Virus record (IMG/VR): IMGVR_UViG_3300047321_000238
Span: 183,884 to 247,883 of that record
DNA: 64,000 nt
Reading direction: 5' to 3' (one strand)
In this document: positions 36,261 to 44,867 of the stretch, in pieces
Numbering within the stretch: the stretch's first letter is position 1
Layout: each line of letters begins with the position of its first letter
Translations under genes and position numbers: made by a program
The notes under the pieces: model-generated
The model's database searches: none
The model's input: the letters and a program-made list of their open reading frames with translations, nothing else
Told to the model about the DNA's origin: nothing

Positions 36261-37844
36261 TTAGAATGTTCCACCATCTATTGTTGCGATAATTGCAGCT
36301 ATTGAAATATTTGCAGTACCATCAAAACTTGTAGCTGTCCCTGTAACATCTCCACTTATAGCTATAGTTCTTGCAGTAACTAACTTTGTAGTTGAAGTAG
36401 CATTGCCACTAAATGCAGGAGCAGTTACTGTACCTGTAAATATTGGTGAAGCTAATGGAGCTTTTAAAGCTAATTGATTTGTCATAGTTGTAGAGAAGTT
36501 AGCGTCATTACCTAAAGCAGTTGCAAGTTCATTTAATGTATCTAAAGTAGCGGGAGCTGTATTAACTAAATTAGCAACAGTAGTAGCTACGAAAGCAGTT
36601 GTCGCTAATTGTGTAGTGTTTGTACCTACAGTTGCTGTTGGTGCTGCTGGAGCTCCAGTGAATATTGGTGACACTAAAGGTGCTCTTGTTGCATCAATAG
36701 GATGGACATGATCTTGTCTTGAATATAAATATGAAGTACCTACCGCAACTGTTCCATTTACTAATGGACTTGCAGTACCAACTTGTCCTAATACAAATTG
36801 AGTTGTTGCAACTTGTGTTGTGTTAGTATTTACTGCAGCAGTTGGAGCAACAGGAGTTCCTGTAAATGTTGGAGTTGTAAACATAACTGTTTTAGATTCA
36901 TTAGTTACATTTCCTAATCCCATATTTGAAGCAGAAATTAAATTAGTCCAAGCTCCCCATGCTGAAGTTATATAATTTCTTTTGTATATAACGTTAACAT
37001 CATCTGGATACCATAGTTGAAATGGAATAGCAGTATCAAAATCTACAACTAATCTACCAGTATCAGTAGTAGCTGCATTTGTATTTGATCCTACTGTGAA
37101 ATCAAATATTCCAGTAGTCATTAAAGTATTAAAATCTGTAACTGCGGTATACTTAGCTTTATATACTGCATCTGTAATAGAGTATCCTGCAATTGTAGTA
37201 GGATTTGCTCCTACTGTAACTCTGCCTTTTGCATCTACAGTAATTTTAGTATAAGTACCAGCAGTTACTCCAGAGCTTGATAAAACTAAAGGTATTGTTA
37301 CATTTACAGTTCCATCAAAAACTACAGAACCTGTAGCATCTCCAGAAGTTGCAATTGTTCTAGCAGTAGTTAATTTGTTAGCAGTTGCAACAGTTCCAGA
37401 AACTGCACTTGATACAGCACTAGTAACGAAAGCAGTTGTTGCTAACTGTGTTGTATTTGTTCCAACTGTAGCTGTAGGTGCTGCTGGTATTCCAGTAAAT
37501 GCAGGAGAAACTAATGGAGATTTTAAATCTAAAGCGGTTTGTAATCCAGTTACAGTTGATATCGTATGATTATGACTGTCATCAACTACAGTAGCTACAA
37601 TAGATACATTAGAACCTCCATCAAAATTTGCAGTACCTGTTACATCTCCAGATATTGCAATAGCTCTTGCAGTGCTAAGTTTATCAGCAGCTACATATGA
37701 GTCTGGATTTATTAGTATTTTGCTTGCACCATTTCCGATATATAATTTATTAGTATCGGTAGTGAAAGCTGGTTCAGAAGTGTTTAAGGATATAGCACCA
37801 ATATTAGTACTAAGACCTCTTCTTAACAATATTGTTTGTGGCAT
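36261..37844 (-). CDS. Tail fibre shaft protein (Mtd_N-like start, ends IDGGTF)
   Basis: KLxTARxIAxSGDxTG and PTAxVxTNTTQxATTxFV repeats; APATLDTLNELATALGND. Confidence 0.8.
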   Translation of the reverse strand: MPQTILLRRGLSTNIGAISLNTSEPAFTTDTNKLYIGNGASKILINPDSYVAADKLSTARAIAISGDVTGTANFDGGSNVSIVATVVDDSHNHTISTVTGLQTALDLKSPLVSPAFTGIPAAPTATVGTNTTQLATTAFVTSAVSSAVSGTVATANKLTTARTIATSGDATGSVVFDGTVNVTIPLVLSSSGVTAGTYTKITVDAKGRVTVGANPTTIAGYSITDAVYKAKYTAVTDFNTLMTTGIFDFTVGSNTNAATTDTGRLVVDFDTAIPFQLWYPDDVNVIYKRNYITSAWGAWTNLISASNMGLGNVTNESKTVMFTTPTFTGTPVAPTAAVNTNTTQVATTQFVLGQVGTASPLVNGTVAVGTSYLYSRQDHVHPIDATRAPLVSPIFTGAPAAPTATVGTNTTQLATTAFVATTVANLVNTAPATLDTLNELATALGNDANFSTTMTNQLALKAPLASPIFTGTVTAPAFSGNATSTTKLVTARTIAISGDVTGTATSFDGTANISIAAIIATIDGGTF

Positions 37845-37890
37845 ACACATCAACTTCCTTCTAAATATTGTATATTTTCTATACAATAAC

Positions 37891-37898
37891 TATATTAC
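37891..37898 (-). promoter_or_regulatory. Putative late promoter -10-like element
   Basis: GTAATATA upstream of the fibre gene; upstream element matches poorly. Confidence 0.4.
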
Positions 37899-37939
37899 GT
37901 GCGTATGTCATCATTTTCCATATTATCTATAATTTTATT

Positions 37940-38197
37940 TTATACAATACTTGTAATCAATCCATCTACTACTGTAATTGTTTTAGAATCTACAGTAGTG
38001 AAAGTACCACTGATTCCGTTCTTTACATTGCTGTTCGATATAGCATTCTCTAAATCTACTTGTTTAGCTAGTCCTATATTGCCAGAATCAGAGCCAACAA
38101 ATAACTCTTCTGTATCAGTGGTGAAAGCTGGTTCTGCCACACTTAATGTAGGCAGATTAGCTTTTGTTCCACGTTTTAATAATATTGGATTTGACAT
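37940..38197 (-). CDS. Minimal Mtd_N-like domain protein (85 aa)
   Basis: ILLKRGTKANLPTLSVAEPAFTTDTEELFVG followed by a short SGTFTTVDSKTITVVDGLITSI tip. Confidence 0.75.
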   Translation of the reverse strand: MSNPILLKRGTKANLPTLSVAEPAFTTDTEELFVGSDSGNIGLAKQVDLENAISNSNVKNGISGTFTTVDSKTITVVDGLITSIV

Positions 38198-38221
38198 ATT
38201 TATTCCCTCCTTAGTTATTTA

Positions 38222-39403
38222 TTAGAACGTACCACCGTCTAATGCAGCAGTATCCGCATTTTGTAATGATACGATTTGATTTTGTAAACTAGTTAATGTT
38301 GTATTTATAGTACCAATACTATTATTAGTTGCTGTTGTGAAACTAGATAATGTATTGTTAACATTTGTGATACTTGTATTTAAAGCTGTTAATTGATTTG
38401 TCATAGTAGTAGCAAAGTTTGCATCATTATTTAAAGCAGTTGCTAACTCGTTTAAAGTATCTAATGTTCCTGGAGCCCCATTAATTAGTTCAGTAAACTT
38501 AGTTTCAACAAATCCATCTTTATATAAGATTCTATATTTATCATTAAATAAAGTCACTGTAGGATCAGTTGTAACGCATTCAAATGATTTATTTATAACT
38601 GAAGTTTCTATATAGATATAATCTCCGTTTACAACAGTTAAACTCATTGCATCAGCTAATGTAGTTTGAATACAAGTCGCTTTGTCTTGAGCAGTTGTTA
38701 CTGTAAATCTTGTAGCAAACGTACTACCACCTACATTCGTACATTGATAGAAGTCAGTTGTTATAGTAACAAAGTTTACAATAGTCCCAACATTAATTGT
38801 AAGACCATCTAAGTCATCTTCAGTTTCTACATCTATTGAACCTAGTCCAGCAAAGCCATCAAACTTACTATCTATATAACTATTCATAGTTAAGTAATAA
38901 GTCGGATCATTATTAATAGCTGATGCCAATTTGTTTAAAGTATTTAGAGTGGCTGGAGCTGATCCTTTAAGAGTACTAATGTTTGTATCAGTATAAGTCT
39001 TAGCAGCAGCCAAGTTACTATCTAATAAAGTTTGTATACTACTTCCATCAGCAGCAGCATTCCAAGTAGTAATTTGAGCATCTGTTACGAACTTGTGAGT
39101 AGAATCTCCCAATATAATACTTGCTGGAAGAGTAGAAGGAAGAACATAATTATTAGCACCTACTTCTATACCACCTAACTTATTTTTTTCGTCTGTTGTG
39201 TAATTCTCTTGAGATAATCCCATTCCAGTTACTTTATCTACTTTATTAGCAACATCAGATGTTGTCATTACTTCAACCAAAATAGATTCAAGATCACTTG
39301 CAGTAAATAAATTATTTAAGTCTGCAACAACTACATCTTTAGCTTGTGTCACAGAACTAATAAGTTGACCTTTATAATACATTTGTCCACTTCTAGTAGC
39401 CAT
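38222..39403 (-). CDS. Tail fibre shaft protein (ends LDGGTF)
   Basis: KVDKVTGMGLSQENYTTDEKNKL; HKFVTD; two APxTLxTLNxLAxAxNND motifs; coiled-coil C-terminus. Confidence 0.75.
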   Translation of the reverse strand: MATRSGQMYYKGQLISSVTQAKDVVVADLNNLFTASDLESILVEVMTTSDVANKVDKVTGMGLSQENYTTDEKNKLGGIEVGANNYVLPSTLPASIILGDSTHKFVTDAQITTWNAAADGSSIQTLLDSNLAAAKTYTDTNISTLKGSAPATLNTLNKLASAINNDPTYYLTMNSYIDSKFDGFAGLGSIDVETEDDLDGLTINVGTIVNFVTITTDFYQCTNVGGSTFATRFTVTTAQDKATCIQTTLADAMSLTVVNGDYIYIETSVINKSFECVTTDPTVTLFNDKYRILYKDGFVETKFTELINGAPGTLDTLNELATALNNDANFATTMTNQLTALNTSITNVNNTLSSFTTATNNSIGTINTTLTSLQNQIVSLQNADTAALDGGTF

Positions 39404-39422
39404 GTGTTAAATCCCTTCCTTT

Positions 39423-41480
39423 CTATAGTTTGTATATTTCAACATGATTTTTGTAAGTATAAACATAATTAGGATAAGTTCCTGTATAAGTAGTAATACT
39501 GCCCATGAGCAATCTATATTTACTTGTTAAGTTACCATAGTAACCTAAAGGAGATTGAGTGAATGTACCAGTAGTAGGATCAATTCCATCCATATATCCT
39601 GAACTAGCACTAGTTGTCCATTGTTGAGGATTATTAGTTAGAAGTCCTCCAAAAGCATAAATCGGATCACTATTGTTACTAGATGAATAGAAGTAATATT
39701 CTTGAGTATCACTTAAAATATCATAAATGTAATAATAAGTTTTATCCGTATCGCTACTATTAGAAGAATGTATATGCTCAGTTTGAATTTCAATTAATCT
39801 ATCAGCTTCTTGACTTGGAAGAGTATAAGCACGATATTGATCTGCATCCCAAGCAGAACTGTTTCTTGTTCTAATAAGTCCTTGATAAGTTCTAACAATA
39901 GATGCAGTATTAGTAATATCAACCTTAGCAAAATGACTATAATTAGATGTTCCATTGTTTGTTAAATTTTGTTCTTTTATATATACATAATTACCTTTTA
40001 TAGCCAAAGCAGCAGAATCATCATATGTTACTAATGATGGTAAATCACATACAGTAGTTAAAGAGAAATTCGCATTAACTCTACTAACTCTTATAAAAAT
40101 TCTTTCTCCATAGAACTCATCTGAATAACTACTAGAATACTTAGCATTCGAATGATAATATTGAACTGGAGAATAGTGACAATATTCAATAAAATACAAG
40201 TTAGCTGTATTTGAATAATCTACTATAAAATGATTAACAGTTCTCCTATTACTAAAGTTTAGATTATGAGGATCTCCATCAGCATCATTTATTACCATAT
40301 AAAAATCATCGCCAGTTCTAGTTGCGTAAGAAGCTACTTCAGCAAATTTCAAATCATATATCTTTGTTCCATATATATAATATTGTTTATTCCATAGTTT
40401 CATAGGACCATAACCATTTAAACCTGATGCAACTTTTGTTGCTAAATTTCTTCTAAGATTAAATGTATATAGATCATTACCCATGGTTCTATAAAGAACA
40501 GTTTCATAATTCACTATTCTAACAACTTCAGCTACTCTATCATTTGCAGCTACTATTGTATCTCCGCTAGTAAGAAGTGTACCACTACCTGGCGTTATGT
40601 CAGGAGTTGTATCAAATAGTCCTCCAGATTTCTTACTAGCCCTGATAAAAAAATAGCTTCCAACCCTTACTAATATAATAGGTATTCCAGCTTTTAAATC
40701 CCCTGCAGATAATAAATCTCCATCAAGATTTTTGATTTGCAAATAAGCTAATGTATTAATTCTTATTGTTGGTGAAGCTCCACAATCAACATGAGGTAAT
40801 ATAACAACAGTTACGCCATCTGAATAAGACGCCACACCTGCAATTGATACAGTATAAGCTATATTCGAACCAGTTGTAACAGCATAGTTATTACCCTTAG
40901 TAATAATTTGATTAGTCAAAGTATTAGTTGTTGCAGTATTTGTTGATGTTATAGTACTATTGATAGTTGACACAGTAGAGTCAACTTGAGTCTTTGTATA
41001 ATACCTAGTATCAGCCGCAGTCTTAGTATAATAATTAGTATCTGCTTGTGCCTTGGTATAATAATTAGTATCTGATTGCGTTTTAGTATAATAATTAGCA
41101 TCTGATTGAGCCTTAGTATACACACTATTTTGTAATAAAGTTACGGTATTATCTTGTGTATCATTATAATCTTGTAAATCAATTATGTTATTATCAATAA
41201 CATTTATAGATGTTGCTATACTAGTAAGAGCTCCATCTTGTGTAGCATCTTTAGTTTGGATAGCTGCAATCTGAGATGTAAATGTTGTATCTTTATCTTT
41301 TAAACCTTGAACATCAACGATGTTAGTATCCTTGTATAGTATTAGTTCTGTGATTCTGTCTTCAACAGAAGTTGCTCCATCGTATTCAACTGCATCTGCA
41401 GAAGTGTATGGATCTACTTCTTTTAATACTTGTCCAGTATTTTTATCTAATAACTTAATTCTTGCTTTTTCATAAGCCAT
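39423..41480 (-). CDS. Tail fibre / receptor-binding protein with a coiled-coil stalk and large aromatic beta-rich head
   Basis: DPYTSADAV start; YTKxQxD repeats; adaptor domain ending FFIRAS; AAGGAGG RBS before MAYEK. Confidence 0.75.
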   Translation of the reverse strand: MAYEKARIKLLDKNTGQVLKEVDPYTSADAVEYDGATSVEDRITELILYKDTNIVDVQGLKDKDTTFTSQIAAIQTKDATQDGALTSIATSINVIDNNIIDLQDYNDTQDNTVTLLQNSVYTKAQSDANYYTKTQSDTNYYTKAQADTNYYTKTAADTRYYTKTQVDSTVSTINSTITSTNTATTNTLTNQIITKGNNYAVTTGSNIAYTVSIAGVASYSDGVTVVILPHVDCGASPTIRINTLAYLQIKNLDGDLLSAGDLKAGIPIILVRVGSYFFIRASKKSGGLFDTTPDITPGSGTLLTSGDTIVAANDRVAEVVRIVNYETVLYRTMGNDLYTFNLRRNLATKVASGLNGYGPMKLWNKQYYIYGTKIYDLKFAEVASYATRTGDDFYMVINDADGDPHNLNFSNRRTVNHFIVDYSNTANLYFIEYCHYSPVQYYHSNAKYSSSYSDEFYGERIFIRVSRVNANFSLTTVCDLPSLVTYDDSAALAIKGNYVYIKEQNLTNNGTSNYSHFAKVDITNTASIVRTYQGLIRTRNSSAWDADQYRAYTLPSQEADRLIEIQTEHIHSSNSSDTDKTYYYIYDILSDTQEYYFYSSSNNSDPIYAFGGLLTNNPQQWTTSASSGYMDGIDPTTGTFTQSPLGYYGNLTSKYRLLMGSITTYTGTYPNYVYTYKNHVEIYKL
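40981..41120 (-). repeat. 30-bp tandem repeat (about 4.7 copies) encoding YTKxQxDxNY
   Basis: GTATAATAATTAG-type unit recurs with an exact 30-nt period. Confidence 0.85.
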
Positions 41481-41516
41481 AGTTAATTCCTCCTTGTTAC
41501 TTGTTTTTTTCATATA

Positions 41517-41546
41517 TATATTACATATCATTAATCTTTTATAACT
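41517..41546 (-). promoter_or_regulatory. Putative phage late promoter
   Basis: AGTTATA-N15-GTAATATA. Confidence 0.55.
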
Positions 41547-41561
41547 AAGTTAATAAAACAA

Positions 41562-41590
41562 AGAAGCTAGAAAATCAATTCTAACTTCTC
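41562..41590 (-). terminator. Intrinsic terminator
   Basis: AGAAGCTAGAA...TTCTAACTTCT imperfect stem with a T-rich tract on the minus strand. Confidence 0.55.
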
Positions 41591-41611
41591 CATTTTTACA
41601 AGTATAAGAGA

Positions 41612-41752
41612 TTAAACTACTATAGGATCTCCATTTTCATCAAGACCTAAATTAAATAAATAAGCTCTTACTCCATCTTGTAATTTTGCAGGTACTTGAT
41701 CAAATGTAGTACCTCCGCTTATGATTTCACTTGCATATAATCTTACTAACAT
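41612..41752 (-). CDS. CD1375-family small protein
   Basis: LYASEIISGGTTFDQVPAKLQDGV pattern. Confidence 0.7.
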   Translation of the reverse strand: MLVRLYASEIISGGTTFDQVPAKLQDGVRAYLFNLGLDENGDPIVV

Positions 41753-41814
41753 ATTTTTGCCCTCGCTTCCTTTAATTAATAAATATATAAATAATAACAA
41801 GTAATTAATCATTA

Positions 41815-41940
41815 CTAATCACCTACTATTGCTTTATCTAATTCTGCTTGTATCTTTTCTTTTAATTTAGCTGGTACATCATCAATTGTGATATTACCAT
41901 TAATTATCTCTTTACAATATAATGTTATTAAATTTTCCAT
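41815..41940 (-). CDS. Second CD1375-family small protein (41 aa, not in ORF track)
   Basis: MENLITLYCKEIINGNITIDDVPAKLKEKIQAELDKAIVGD; AAGGAGG RBS. Confidence 0.75.
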   Translation of the reverse strand: MENLITLYCKEIINGNITIDDVPAKLKEKIQAELDKAIVGD

Positions 41941-41954
41941 GAATAAATTCCTCC

Positions 41955-42293
41955 TTAAGCATATACAATACTAGCTAATTCCATAACACAGCCTTTTAGT
42001 AATTCATTGTCAGATACTACATTATCTAAAGTTGTTTTCAATGAATCATTGTTAGTTGTTAAATCAGCTACTTGTTTTTGCAAAACTTCAACATCTGTAG
42101 GTTGTACTATTTTTTCTTCAGAAGCCATTATAGTCATATTCAAATCATTTGCAATATCTGTAGCCCATGCTATAGCTTCATCTTTATTGGCAAAGTAATC
42201 TTGAGTAGCAGGATTCTTTTCTTGAAATATTGTTATATCGAAGTCATTAGTTATAGTTATTGCTGTATTTCCATTAAAAAAATATCTAAGCAT
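41955..42293 (-). CDS. Fibre-associated chaperone-like protein
   Basis: QEKNP...FANKDEAIAWA followed by a C-terminal coiled coil ending CVMELASIVYA. Confidence 0.6.
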   Translation of the reverse strand: MLRYFFNGNTAITITNDFDITIFQEKNPATQDYFANKDEAIAWATDIANDLNMTIMASEEKIVQPTDVEVLQKQVADLTTNNDSLKTTLDNVVSDNELLKGCVMELASIVYA

Positions 42294-42308
42294 AGTTATC
42301 ATTCCTTT

Positions 42309-43256
42309 CTATAAGTTTCTTGGAACTTGCGTAACAATTAATAATCCACTAAGAGCTGTATTGTCATCCATTTTTATATTAATAGCAAAGTTACCTGCTA
42401 CCGTAGGAGCACCTTTTAGATATCCATTTTCAAAAAACATACCTTGAGGCAGTGCTGTTATATCAGTTACAGTACCTTTAGTAAACGATAAGTATTGTTC
42501 AAAATAAGAATACTTCTGGACTACAAGCCTAAAGCCTTTTAATCCTCCTCCACCACTAAATGCAATTACTCCAATAGCAGGTGGTTTGTAATCTTCAATA
42601 GTAACTGTAACTGGTTGGATTAGAGTAGAAGTACTTTTTATTACTGGAACTCTATTCTCAACAAAGATACTGGCATAATTGATTTTTAATCTACTATCAT
42701 CAATGTCATATACCATTACATCTTTTTCAACACCTAAAGGATAGTATTGATTTTCATGCACTTGTCTTTTACTAAATACTAATTTTGGTTTATTAATAAT
42801 TATACTTTGTTTATAACATGTTACTGATGCGTTATATGAATACACTCTAGTATCATCCATTATTAAATATTGCATAATATACTTATTTGTATCATTTTTA
42901 TCAATAACCTGACAAGTAGCTTTCATTACTATAGAACTTTGAGCAGAATTATCTACTGTAACTGATGCCTCGCTGTTTTTGTTTTTGTTATATGACCAAA
43001 ACAAAGTAGGCTTTTTTTCATGTGATGCTACAATTTGTGTTTCACTATTGATAACGATTCTATTGAGATTTAATAATTCATTATTAGCCATCAAACTCTT
43101 TTCAAAACATAAATCACTATCATTTATAGTATCACTAACTACAATAATGTCTGTATTGACATTACTATTTACTACAGCAATTCCATTAGCTATTAAACAT
43201 ATTACAGAACTTCCTACTGTTCCAATACTTTGTGCTATACCATCTCCAAAACTCAT
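42309..43256 (-). CDS. Putative virion protein with a C-terminal Ig-like (He_PIG-type) domain
   Basis: ALPQGMFFENGYLKGAPTVAGNF. Confidence 0.55.
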   Translation of the reverse strand: MSFGDGIAQSIGTVGSSVICLIANGIAVVNSNVNTDIIVVSDTINDSDLCFEKSLMANNELLNLNRIVINSETQIVASHEKKPTLFWSYNKNKNSEASVTVDNSAQSSIVMKATCQVIDKNDTNKYIMQYLIMDDTRVYSYNASVTCYKQSIIINKPKLVFSKRQVHENQYYPLGVEKDVMVYDIDDSRLKINYASIFVENRVPVIKSTSTLIQPVTVTIEDYKPPAIGVIAFSGGGGLKGFRLVVQKYSYFEQYLSFTKGTVTDITALPQGMFFENGYLKGAPTVAGNFAINIKMDDNTALSGLLIVTQVPRNL

Positions 43257-43281
43257 TAAATTCACCTCCTGATTGTAAAAC

Positions 43282-43302
43282 TGGGGTATATAAAATACCC
43301 CT
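43282..43302 (-). terminator. Stem-loop or terminator
   Basis: GGGGTAT-N5-ATACCCC. Confidence 0.55.
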
Positions 43303-43310
43303 TATTATTA

Positions 43311-44846
43311 TTACAGTACTAATTGTGGATATATTGTTAAACTACCTGCTCCTTGAACTTTTATAGGAACTTGCAAATCACCTGTTGATAGAGTAGCAAC
43401 TGTTAAAGTTTTGCTACCACTAGAAGTAAATATACCATTACCTTTTAAAGTTAATTGTAAATTTGTTACGATATAATTACCTGAGTAGTTTTGACAATTG
43501 ATTGTGCTATAAGTATTTATATCAGTTCCTTCATATTTATAAGATCCAAGTTCATATTTAACATTAATGTTTGTAGGAACGAATGGACTTAAGTATTCTA
43601 CTTCTCCCAAAGCATTAACTATCCATATATTTTCACTTTGATCTGTTCCTATATGAGATGGTTGATTACTTAGAGTGTCTGTAATTACAAACTTTTCATT
43701 TGCAACATCAAAGTTCATGAATATACAAGCAGTAGGAGATGCACATACTAAGAATGAGTTATTTTTAACTCCTACAAATCCTCTGAAGTAATCTACAGTA
43801 GGTTGTACAAAACTCTTAAAAGTTAATGTATTAGCAGCCATATCTATTAGGAAAGTATAAATACCGTATCCAGTTAGATTGGCTGGAGTTGAAGAAATCG
43901 TATGCTCATATATTGCAATATTTAAATATTGCTTACCATTTGCAGTTGTTATAAAAGGTTCATATTTAACATTAAGGTTAGCAGCGAAAACTGGAAGTTG
44001 AGTTATTGAACCCCAAGTAATTGTTGGATCTGCTTCTGTACATATAGTAGCCAGAGTAGCTTGTGTTGTATCAAATTTATATCTAGTGAATGCAAATTTA
44101 TTAGTACCTGTATTATGCCATGGTGCGAAAGTATAGAATTCTGTATCGCTAACGTTTATAGTATCTGAATAACAAGTTCCAAAATCTAGAGTAGATGTTT
44201 TAGCACCTAACGTAAAAACTTCATTTAAAGCTGTTGTCTTATTATATCTTTTTATATTAACTGTTCCATATCTCTTTTTAGATGCATGGAATATATGAGT
44301 ACTATTTTCTTTGATTGCATTTGACCAACCATAAGTTAAATAATCTTCAATAGTAGTTTGAGTTAAAGTTATTTTATCTATTTTTACAAAGTAATCATGG
44401 AAAGTTGTTGCACTCATTATATAATATAAATAGTTAACATCTTGTCCACAATAAGCCCGTACAAAAGGATAAGTAGTTGGTATAGCTCCATAACTTATAG
44501 AAGTTTGCAAAGTAACCTCTCCGTTACTTTCTTTTATTTTCATAAGTCTCATTGTATTAGAAGCTCTTGTTCCCATAACCCAAACATAACTTATTGTTGG
44601 ATCATATCTATCTGTAACAACTGTATCTCCTTGAGTTTTTGAACTATGAATCCAAGAATGATTTAACATAAGTTTTTGAGACATACTTACATCAGCAATA
44701 TCACCTAATGTTGGAAATAGCTTAAGTGGTTTTGGTATCATTTGTGCTTTGTCGTAGTAATGTGCATTAATGATATAGCCTAATGGAGTTTCTACTACCT
44801 TTTGTATTGAACCTGAAATTGAGTTATTGTCTAAAATTTTAGCCAT
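43311..44846 (-). CDS. Beta-propeller-like virion/adhesin protein
   Basis: All-beta pattern; IGTDQSENIWI; paralog of 44868-46400. Confidence 0.55.
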   Translation of the reverse strand: MAKILDNNSISGSIQKVVETPLGYIINAHYYDKAQMIPKPLKLFPTLGDIADVSMSQKLMLNHSWIHSSKTQGDTVVTDRYDPTISYVWVMGTRASNTMRLMKIKESNGEVTLQTSISYGAIPTTYPFVRAYCGQDVNYLYYIMSATTFHDYFVKIDKITLTQTTIEDYLTYGWSNAIKENSTHIFHASKKRYGTVNIKRYNKTTALNEVFTLGAKTSTLDFGTCYSDTINVSDTEFYTFAPWHNTGTNKFAFTRYKFDTTQATLATICTEADPTITWGSITQLPVFAANLNVKYEPFITTANGKQYLNIAIYEHTISSTPANLTGYGIYTFLIDMAANTLTFKSFVQPTVDYFRGFVGVKNNSFLVCASPTACIFMNFDVANEKFVITDTLSNQPSHIGTDQSENIWIVNALGEVEYLSPFVPTNINVKYELGSYKYEGTDINTYSTINCQNYSGNYIVTNLQLTLKGNGIFTSSGSKTLTVATLSTGDLQVPIKVQGAGSLTIYPQLVL

Positions 44847-44867
44847 TATAATTTCCTCCTCTTATTA

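Noticed and set aside
31250-38197. Diversity-generating retroelement suggested by the Mtd_N-like domains
   Set aside because: No reverse transcriptase and no template/variable repeat pair differing at adenines was seen in the window. It cannot be excluded elsewhere in the genome.
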